Source: Dickeya dadantii NCPPB 898 (GTDB lineage Bacteria > Pseudomonadota > Gammaproteobacteria > Enterobacterales > Enterobacteriaceae). From it: a DNA stretch of 32,000 nucleotides. Both the position numbers and the translations under genes were made by a program. Below, piece after piece: positions 17,079-24,276 of the stretch (its first letter is position 1; every line of letters starts with the position of its first letter). The stretch lies in NCBI RefSeq assembly GCF_000406145.1, contig NZ_CM001976.1, positions 1,862,061-1,894,060 on the forward strand. The letters run 5' to 3'. The notes beneath the pieces were generated by a model. It was not told where the DNA came from, ran no database searches, and was given only the letters and a program-made list of their open reading frames with translations.

Positions 17079-17554
17079 ATGTGGATACGCCCGCACAGGG
17101 GTTACGTTTGCTGCTAGCGCAGTGCCCGGCATTCAAACGCGATTTTTACCGCACCCGCGTGCGTATGCGCATTGCTGGGGATGACGTCTCGCCTGATACG
17201 CTGGAGTTTCACATGCACCGCCAGCCGCGCGATGGCTCTACCGTTTTGTTTGTCCCAATAGTTGATGGGGCTATTGCCGCGGCGCCGGCCTGGGTGATTT
17301 GGACGATGGTGGCGGTCAGCGTGGCATCTGTTGCGTATTCAATTTATTCGGCTCGGAACATGAAAACCAAAACATCGGCCGAGGCAGCACAAACCAACTC
17401 GATTACCAACAACTCGTTCACCAGCGCTGAAAACCGGGTTGGGCAGGGTCGACCGGTGCCGATCCTGATGGGTGAAATGGTGGTGGGTTCAAACGTGATT
17501 TCCCTCGGCATCGATACAACGAACAACAAAGACTGGAACATTTCTATCAGTTAA
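17006..17554 (+). CDS. Tail assembly protein, lambda gpI family
   Basis: Central hydrophobic segment and C-terminal GQGRPVPILMGEMVVGS. The start is uncertain (ATG 17006 or GTG 17021). It overlaps the gpK-like gene by about 60-70 nt. Confidence 0.75.
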   Translation: MEARTVLVFKFAGHLRRHFRQIVLNVDTPAQGLRLLLAQCPAFKRDFYRTRVRMRIAGDDVSPDTLEFHMHRQPRDGSTVLFVPIVDGAIAAAPAWVIWTMVAVSVASVAYSIYSARNMKTKTSAEAAQTNSITNNSFTSAENRVGQGRPVPILMGEMVVGSNVISLGIDTTNNKDWNISIS

Positions 17555-17563
17555 GGAGCGCAC

Positions 17564-20500
17564 ATGTCTTCTGGCGGCGGCGGGGCCAGCACCCCGACTC
17601 TTCTCAATGATAACCTCACATCTAAACAGTTTTACCGCGTTCTCGATCTGATATCTGAAGGCCCAATTTATGGCCCGGTCGACCAGACCTATCTTTCGTC
17701 GTTCTTGGTGAACAAAACCCCAGTGACTAGCGCGTCAGGTGCAACGAATATCAATGGGGTCAGTGTGGCGTGGCGGCCTGGCTCGATGGCCCAGCCGCCG
17801 ATAATGGGCTTTGATGCCATTGAGGCTACCACCATTGTTAACAACGCGGTGACGTTTGACACGCCACTGGTCCGTACTGTAACTGATGACGATGTGGCTC
17901 GGGTTCGCGTAAATCTCGGCGTAAGCGGGCTTGTCCAGCAGGACACGGCGGGCAATCAGTCCAATACATCGGTAACAATGGTGATTGAAACCCGCGCCGG
18001 TAGCGGCGGGGCCTATCAAATTGCCAAGACGGTGACTATCAGCGGGAAAATATCCGGCGAGTACCTGGAGGCTCACATCATCGACGCCCCGGACACGAAG
18101 CCGTTCGATATCCGCATTCGCCGCATCACACCGGACAGCGCCAGCGATCTGTTGACAAATGGGACTGTATGGAACAGCTATACGGAAATTACGGATGACA
18201 GCCTGAATTACCCATATTCAGCCATAGCCGGCGCGGTGATTGACCGCAGTCAGTACACAGACACCCCCAGCCGCACGTATCACCTGCGCGGAATTATCGT
18301 TGATGTGCCGGACAACTATGACCCGACAAGCCGGACATACTCCGGCATTTGGACGGGTGGTTTTAAATCCGCATGGACTGATAACCCGGCATGGCTATTC
18401 CGGGCGCTGGTGAAGCACCAGCGCTATGGGTTGGCGCGCCGGGCCGGTGATATTGACGTGGATGATGGTGCGCTGTATGTGCTGTCGCAGTTTTGTGATC
18501 AATCGGTCAACGATGGATACGGCGGTACCGAACCCCGATTGCGATTGAATGCATACATCACAGAGCCGGCCAACGCTCGCGAGATCCTGGACAAGATCGC
18601 CAGCATGTTCCGTGGAATAGCGGTGTGGGATGGCATGCGCCTATCTGTGATGATTGATAACCCACAAGACCCGGTCGCATCTATCACCAACGCCAACGTT
18701 GTAGATGGCCTATTTACCGGCAGTTCCGTGCCGCGCTCAGAGCGCTATAACGCTGTTGTTGTGTCCTGGACTAATCCAGCGAACGGGTGGGAGCAGGATA
18801 AAGAATACGTTTCCGATGACACGCTGATCGGGCGTTACGGTTACAACGAAACTACGCTTGAAGCATTTGGCTGTACCTCTCGCGGACAAGCTTACCGCGC
18901 TGGCCGTTGGCTGCTGGAAACCGCTAAGCGGGAATCGCGTAAAGTCACGTTCCGGATGGCGCGAGATGCGATCGCCTTCATGCCCGGCGACATTGTTGAA
19001 GTCATGGATAACAACTACGCAGGCACACGGCTGGGCGGGCGTATCTTGTCGCACGGCGGGCAGGCGGTAACGGTCGATGCCGACATATCGGCGCTGGTCA
19101 GCAGCGGAGACACCATATCGATCATGGGATCAACCGGAAAGCTGACTCGCCATGAAATTCAGTCTGTATCTGGTCGTGTTGTAACCCTGAAAGCGGCACC
19201 GGCTTATGTGCGTGACGGTACCGTGTTCGTGATCTCTACTGGCGAACTGGCGGCCCGGCTGTTCCGTATCACAAGCGTGAAAGAGGATGAAAACAACTCG
19301 ACATATACAATCACTGCGCAACATCACGATCCGAATAAACAGGCGGTGGTGGATGAGGGCGCTGTGTTTGATGTACCGACCGACACCCTTAACGGGTACC
19401 GGGTGCCGAACGTCGAAAATCTGCGCATTGTTAACGTCGCGAGTGAGACTGTGCAGGTTCGCGCGGCATGGGAAACTGCTACAACAACCAGAAAATTGGT
19501 GTTTGAGCTGTACGTGTATAACGAATCTGGCGCGGTTGTAGCCCAGCATGAAACCGAACAATTCCAGTATGAATTTTATGGACTGAATGCTGGTAACTAC
19601 ACGCTGGGCGTGCGTGGCCGCAACGATAACGGTATGAAGGGGGCGGAAACGCAGGTCAGTATGGTGATCGGCGCGCCGCTGGCGCCGTCCAGCGTTGTCT
19701 GGACGCCTGGCATCTTCTCTGCCGGCTTAGTGCCGGTGATGAGCGTCAGCGCTACCACCGACACTACGTTTGAATTCTGGTATTCATCGGAAACGCGAAT
19801 CACTGATATCAGCAGCGTGACGACGCTGGCGCAGTACCTGGGGCGTGCGACCCAGTGGGCGTTACATGGACTGCGGGCTGAAACGACTTACTACATGTAC
19901 GTGCGCACGAAAAACGCGTTCGGAGTGTCCGGGTTCGTTGAGGCATCCGGGCAGGCATCAGCAGACATTCCAGGCATGCTTGAATATATCGACGAGGCAA
20001 TTAGGGACACTGGCGCATTCGACAATCTACAAAATGGCATTGATGGAAATATTGAAGCCACACTGCAAAACGCCCTGGCGACAAATGCGGCCGTTGAGCG
20101 GCAATACGCACAATACGGTGAGGTGCGCGCGGATGTCATCACAATACGCACCACGGTGGCGGATCTTAACGGCTCGCTTGCCGAGTTGACTGATATTGTT
20201 CAGGCTCAATATGGAGAACTCACGGCTGCAGTTAATCAGAAACTCACGGCCGAAGTGACCAGTTCCGGTGCGGCCAGCGCGTTTTATACGTTAAATCTCG
20301 GCGTTATTCGTGACGGAACGAAATACAACACCGGGTTTGGAATGGGGATAGAGCCGGACGGAAATGGTGGCTATAAATCAACAGTTGTATTTTCCGCCGA
20401 TCAGTTTGGTGTTTATTCTGGCAGTACGCCGGGTAATTATCAAAGGGCGTTTTTTATTTATAACGGCCAGGTGTTTATTAATTCTGCCTTTATTCAGGAC

Positions 20501-20728
20501 GGAAGCATCACAAACGCAAAAATAGCCAATGCGGCAATCACGAATGCAAAAATATCCGGGGCGATCTATTCGGACAACTGGAATGGGGTAGTCGGCTGGA
20601 ATTTGGATAAGGCCGGAGGTTTTCAGATGGGTGCGATCGGGACTGGGCGCGTGAAACTGGATGGGACTGGATTGGCAATTTATACGACGGCTGGCGCGAT
20701 GGTTGCAAAACTTGGATGGTTATCATAA
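17564..20728 (+). CDS. Tail tip / central fibre host-specificity protein, lambda gpJ family
   Basis: 1054 aa with an AAGGAG RBS. The N-terminal LNDNLTSKQFYRVLDLISEGPI and DNPAWLFRALV motifs are typical of gpJ. The C-terminal part contains ITNAKI repeats. Confidence 0.9.
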   Translation: MSSGGGGASTPTLLNDNLTSKQFYRVLDLISEGPIYGPVDQTYLSSFLVNKTPVTSASGATNINGVSVAWRPGSMAQPPIMGFDAIEATTIVNNAVTFDTPLVRTVTDDDVARVRVNLGVSGLVQQDTAGNQSNTSVTMVIETRAGSGGAYQIAKTVTISGKISGEYLEAHIIDAPDTKPFDIRIRRITPDSASDLLTNGTVWNSYTEITDDSLNYPYSAIAGAVIDRSQYTDTPSRTYHLRGIIVDVPDNYDPTSRTYSGIWTGGFKSAWTDNPAWLFRALVKHQRYGLARRAGDIDVDDGALYVLSQFCDQSVNDGYGGTEPRLRLNAYITEPANAREILDKIASMFRGIAVWDGMRLSVMIDNPQDPVASITNANVVDGLFTGSSVPRSERYNAVVVSWTNPANGWEQDKEYVSDDTLIGRYGYNETTLEAFGCTSRGQAYRAGRWLLETAKRESRKVTFRMARDAIAFMPGDIVEVMDNNYAGTRLGGRILSHGGQAVTVDADISALVSSGDTISIMGSTGKLTRHEIQSVSGRVVTLKAAPAYVRDGTVFVISTGELAARLFRITSVKEDENNSTYTITAQHHDPNKQAVVDEGAVFDVPTDTLNGYRVPNVENLRIVNVASETVQVRAAWETATTTRKLVFELYVYNESGAVVAQHETEQFQYEFYGLNAGNYTLGVRGRNDNGMKGAETQVSMVIGAPLAPSSVVWTPGIFSAGLVPVMSVSATTDTTFEFWYSSETRITDISSVTTLAQYLGRATQWALHGLRAETTYYMYVRTKNAFGVSGFVEASGQASADIPGMLEYIDEAIRDTGAFDNLQNGIDGNIEATLQNALATNAAVERQYAQYGEVRADVITIRTTVADLNGSLAELTDIVQAQYGELTAAVNQKLTAEVTSSGAASAFYTLNLGVIRDGTKYNTGFGMGIEPDGNGGYKSTVVFSADQFGVYSGSTPGNYQRAFFIYNGQVFINSAFIQDGSITNAKIANAAITNAKISGAIYSDNWNGVVGWNLDKAGGFQMGAIGTGRVKLDGTGLAIYTTAGAMVAKLGWLS

Positions 20729-21729
20729 TGGTCGGTTTATACGTGCAGCCGGTTGATGGCGGTAAATTGGTTGATATATCAAATAACGTGAAATGCCCGT
20801 CATATCTGGGTTATGCGGCGCCGCAAATGAGCAGCAATGGTGATTCAATAACCAGCCACGGCATATTCAACGGCGGTCAATTATTTGTAATCCCTCGCCG
20901 CACATGTCTGATTTATACCATTGAGGGGGCTGTAAACCCGCATGTTGTTGCATGCAGCGGCGTGTCTATATCGGGCGGGGACGTTTACTGTTCATATAGC
21001 ATGTTTAATCAGTTTTGGGATAAAAATCGCGTCGCAATGGAATATGACGTATTCCAGGTGATCAACTCTCAACCGCAGGGATTCGGTCTATTCCTGCAAA
21101 ACGCCGCCAATTTTTTCGCCATATCAAATCAGAACGTGATAGGTCAGTGCATTAAAAGAATCAGCGTAACTTTTGCTGGCTCTTATGCTCTTGGCGTTGG
21201 TTCTGACGCTGTAGTTTTTGCGCACTGGAATCATCCTGACGCATCGATATATCTCGATCGCGGGTCGATGACGATCTATGCATATAACAATAATGGAGAG
21301 GCTGTTTACACAGTAACGATGGATATTGTCGTTTTCTCAAATCAGCCACCCACCCCACACGATGGCGGCCTAACGCTCTGGCGAGAAGACGGCGTTTGCG
21401 TATTTTCGTCCCGTCTACCGCCGCTGGTATGGCGCGGAGGGTATGTCGATATCAACAGCTATCCGGGTGCATTTGTGGCGTCAAACGTACCCGCCGAGAA
21501 ACCGATGGTGCCGCTATGTTCTATGGGCGTCCACAGTAGCGGGCCAGTATTAAACGGCAATTACGGGATGATGTTTTATGCCGGGTTCAAGATGGTTAAT
21601 AACCAGGTTGCGGCGTGGCGCTCTCGTCAGTACCGATCGTGGTATGAAGGGGCTCTGAGCCTCACCGAGCCATACTATCAGATAACGCCGATGTCCCTGC
21701 CTGTCATTGACGCGGCAGATTATTTATAA
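20728..21729 (+). CDS. Hypothetical tail-associated protein (333 aa)
   Basis: ATG 20728 overlaps the gpJ-like TAA. It sits between the tip protein and the fibre. No family confidently recognised. Confidence 0.55.
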   Translation: MVGLYVQPVDGGKLVDISNNVKCPSYLGYAAPQMSSNGDSITSHGIFNGGQLFVIPRRTCLIYTIEGAVNPHVVACSGVSISGGDVYCSYSMFNQFWDKNRVAMEYDVFQVINSQPQGFGLFLQNAANFFAISNQNVIGQCIKRISVTFAGSYALGVGSDAVVFAHWNHPDASIYLDRGSMTIYAYNNNGEAVYTVTMDIVVFSNQPPTPHDGGLTLWREDGVCVFSSRLPPLVWRGGYVDINSYPGAFVASNVPAEKPMVPLCSMGVHSSGPVLNGNYGMMFYAGFKMVNNQVAAWRSRQYRSWYEGALSLTEPYYQITPMSLPVIDAADYL

Positions 21730-21742
21730 CCGGGGAAATAAT

Positions 21743-22954
21743 ATGTCCGTTGGAACTATTACGCTCACTAACGGCTCAGTTACCGCAACTGGGGCCGGCA
21801 CAACGTTCACCTCAGATTTGGTTGCCGGTGATTTTGTCGTTGCTGTTGTCGGCGGCGTGACATACACGCTGCCGGCGAAAACGGTCGATTCTGCAACGCA
21901 GGTAACGCTGATTCGGGCCTATGATGGACCTACCGCCGCTGGCGCGGCATGGTCCGCCGTCCCACGCGACGCGATGAACGCAATCACGGCCCAGTTGGCA
22001 GCAGATACAGCGAAAGCGATTCGGGGCCTGAACTACGATAAAAACAACTGGCAGCAAGTTTTCAGCGGAACTGGAACGATCACAATAACACTGCCGGACG
22101 GCTCAACATATTCCGGGCTCGCGTGGAACTCATTCACCAGCGCGCTGAATACTAAAGCCGCGCGCGGCTCAAACAGCGATATAACGAGCCTCAGCGGTCT
22201 GACTACAGCGCTCTCGCTGGTGCAGGGCGGCACTGGTTCAACCACCGCATCTGGCGCCCGTTCTAATCTCGGACTAGGAACAGCTGCGATACGAAACGTA
22301 GGGAACACATCAGGCACCGTCGCCGCCGGCGATGACGGCCGGTTCGGCTCGCTGGAAGGGAAAACCGGAGGCACGGTTTCATCCGAAGTCGTCGTGAATG
22401 GGCTGTTGCATGCCACGGGTTTCCGTCCAACGAACCTATCCAGCGAATCATCCGGCAATGCCCGGTCGATAGGGATAAACTGGACAGATGCTGTCGGATC
22501 AATTGCATCAACGCTGGAATATTATCTCGTTGCCGGCCAGTACCACTCGCTGCGTATGCTCATTGATCAGGCCAGCTTCTCATTTCGCGGGAACGGCAAC
22601 GCTGTAGCGCCGGGTGGGGCCTGGATTGACGGCTCGGACCGTCGCCTGAAAGACAAATTTGAGGAAATAAAAGACGCGACCAGCAAGACGATGATGCTGA
22701 CGGGCTACACATACGACATGAACGGACAGCGCAGAGCTGGCATTGTCGCGCAGGACCTGCAGACGGTATTGCCGGAGGCCGTTGAGCTGATGGGGCCGGG
22801 GCTGGATAAGGACGGCAATAATGTGGATGATTTGCTCGGCGTGAACTACAGCTCAGTGACGGCTCTGTTAGTCAATGCATTCAAAGAGCAACAGCAGATG
22901 ATAGAGGCGCTGACTGCGCGGGTCGTTTCGCTGGAGTCGGCTAAATCGTCGTGA
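21743..22954 (+). CDS. Tail fibre with C-terminal peptidase S74 intramolecular chaperone domain
   Basis: ATG 21743 with a GGGGAA RBS. The C-terminus DGSDRRLKDKFEEI...GYTYDMNGQRRAGIVAQDLQTVLPEAV...VNYSSVTALLVNAFKEQQ matches endosialidase-type chaperone domains. Confidence 0.8.
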   Translation: MSVGTITLTNGSVTATGAGTTFTSDLVAGDFVVAVVGGVTYTLPAKTVDSATQVTLIRAYDGPTAAGAAWSAVPRDAMNAITAQLAADTAKAIRGLNYDKNNWQQVFSGTGTITITLPDGSTYSGLAWNSFTSALNTKAARGSNSDITSLSGLTTALSLVQGGTGSTTASGARSNLGLGTAAIRNVGNTSGTVAAGDDGRFGSLEGKTGGTVSSEVVVNGLLHATGFRPTNLSSESSGNARSIGINWTDAVGSIASTLEYYLVAGQYHSLRMLIDQASFSFRGNGNAVAPGGAWIDGSDRRLKDKFEEIKDATSKTMMLTGYTYDMNGQRRAGIVAQDLQTVLPEAVELMGPGLDKDGNNVDDLLGVNYSSVTALLVNAFKEQQQMIEALTARVVSLESAKSS

Positions 22955-22969
22955 AAATCAGGCGCTGAC

Positions 22970-22993
22970 AAAAAGCCCGGCGGAATGCCGGGC
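22970..22993 (-). terminator. Terminator between convergent fibre gene and 73-aa gene (U tract on - strand)
   Basis: GCCCGGC-GGAAU-GCCGGGC hairpin. AAAAA on the + side gives U5 for the - strand transcript. Confidence 0.65.
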
Positions 22994-22996
22994 CAT

Positions 22997-23218
22997 TCAT
23001 TCAATCAAATTTTCCTGATATGCAATCTCGTCGAGCACATCTTCCAGTGTCGGCAGCGGATCGGTGTGCAGTGGGATAGCAATCCCGGGCCAGATTTTGA
23101 CGTCCAGCCAGCCGCCGAAATCGGCGAAAACTGCATATGAGAGCATGGGGCAACCGTCCAGCATTTCGTCTTCATCGAGTACGCAAACCGTCGTTCCGTG
23201 ATAGTCGATAATTTTCAT
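22997..23218 (-). CDS. Highly acidic 73-aa protein, unknown function (moron next to attR)
   Basis: By my count 9 Asp + 6 Glu against 2 Lys and 0 Arg. Opposite strand to the late operon. It has its own terminator and an AT-rich upstream region. Confidence 0.55.
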   Translation of the reverse strand: MKIIDYHGTTVCVLDEDEMLDGCPMLSYAVFADFGGWLDVKIWPGIAIPLHTDPLPTLEDVLDEIAYQENLIE

Positions 23219-23345
23219 TTTTACTCAATATAGGTGTTGGTATTTTTCTGTTTAATGCGGATTAAGGTATTGATATTAATATATGGTTATTTTAAATATA
23301 TACCAACAAAATGACGTAAAACACTGAAAATAAACATATTGCGTG

Positions 23346-23408
23346 CCGGTCTCGAAAACCGGAGTAGGGGCAACTCTACCGGGGGTTCAAATCCCCCTCT
23401 CTCCGCCA
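23346..23408 (+). other. attR core: 3' 63 nt of tRNA-Ser(CGA), not a complete tRNA
   Basis: Contains the anticodon arm CCGGT-CTCGAAA-ACCGG, a long variable arm, the T arm GGGGGTTCAAATCCCCC, then TCTCTCC-G-CCA. From memory this matches E. coli serU from the anticodon stem onward. The 5' acceptor strand GGAGAGA and the D arm are absent upstream. Confidence 0.8.
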
Positions 23409-23838
23409 CTTCCTTCAGTCATTGGTTTTTCCCCTGCCTGAGTATCATTTTTCTTTCTGATAGCAGTATGCCGATCTGTCTCAAAATTACGTATGACATA
23501 GCCTAACACCCGGTTGCATGATGTTTCTGGCTGCACGGTCATGAAATCATCATTTTTACATTATGATTATCACCGTTGATGCGCTGATTGATGTTAAGCG
23601 TTTTATTTGAGCGGGTAACCACTATTTCTGACTGGTTTTTATCGCTCGCTAATGATTTGCATTAATAACCCGGCGTTTTTTATTTCTGGTTGATGGCACA
23701 CCAGTGACAGCGAGAAGAGTAGTCATAAAAGTCGTTATGATAATGGCCGAAGCGATAAGTTTCTGAAGAAATCTATTTTCTGGTTGCTCCAACTGGAAGA
23801 GGTTTAATTCTACTTGTTATCAATGAAGGCTGGTTAAA

Positions 23839-24186
23839 ATGACTGAAGAAGATATCTATCCACTGCTGGGTAAATTGGCTAATGGCCATGTTTATGCCTA
23901 TGCCGTGTCGTGTTGTGATTATCATGCACCCCATCGTAAATATCCGTTTATTATTTTCTCGCTGAGCCAGGAAAACCATTATAACGCGTCACAACAACAG
24001 ACCGATCAGCAGATTACCGTCGGTGTTGATTGCTATGCTGATACCGTCGCCGAGGCTCGGGCGTTGCGTGAACAGGTCAGCGCGGCGTTGGCGGTATTGA
24101 AACCGAATCAGACCGCTGAATATAACGATTTCGATGTGGAATATGAGCAATTCCGTATGACATTGGAAATGGAACTTTCTCGTTAA
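23839..24186 (+). CDS. Tail-completion-like protein (DUF3168 / SPP1 gp17-like pattern)
   Basis: 115 aa. IYPLLGKL..GHVYAY, YPFIIFS and ITVGVDCYADTVAEARALREQVSAAL follow the DUF3168 pattern as I recall it. Confidence 0.5.
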   Translation: MTEEDIYPLLGKLANGHVYAYAVSCCDYHAPHRKYPFIIFSLSQENHYNASQQQTDQQITVGVDCYADTVAEARALREQVSAALAVLKPNQTAEYNDFDVEYEQFRMTLEMELSR

Positions 24187-24276
24187 TCGTTTAACACTGT
24201 AATTTTTAATAAATTCGTTTCGCCAATAAATAATTGTTGGTGACGGAAATCTATTTTTAAAATAAAGGAAGTATTT

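Larger units (their letters stand above)
1..23408. mobile_element. Late/structural arm of a lambdoid siphovirus-type prophage, ending at attR (tRNA-Ser 3' fragment); left end outside window
   Basis: Uninterrupted + strand order: portal, head morphogenesis, protease/scaffold, decoration, capsid, connectors, major tail, chaperone, tape measure, gpM/L/K/I/J-like, fibres. Many ATGA/TAATG coupled junctions. Ends just before a truncated tRNA-Ser copy. Confidence 0.9.

Noticed and set aside
23311-23408. Possibility of a complete tRNA-Ser gene
   Set aside because: Only the 3' 63 nt are present. The expected 5' acceptor strand GGAGAGA and the D arm are replaced by AT-rich sequence, so this is an att fragment and not a functional tRNA.
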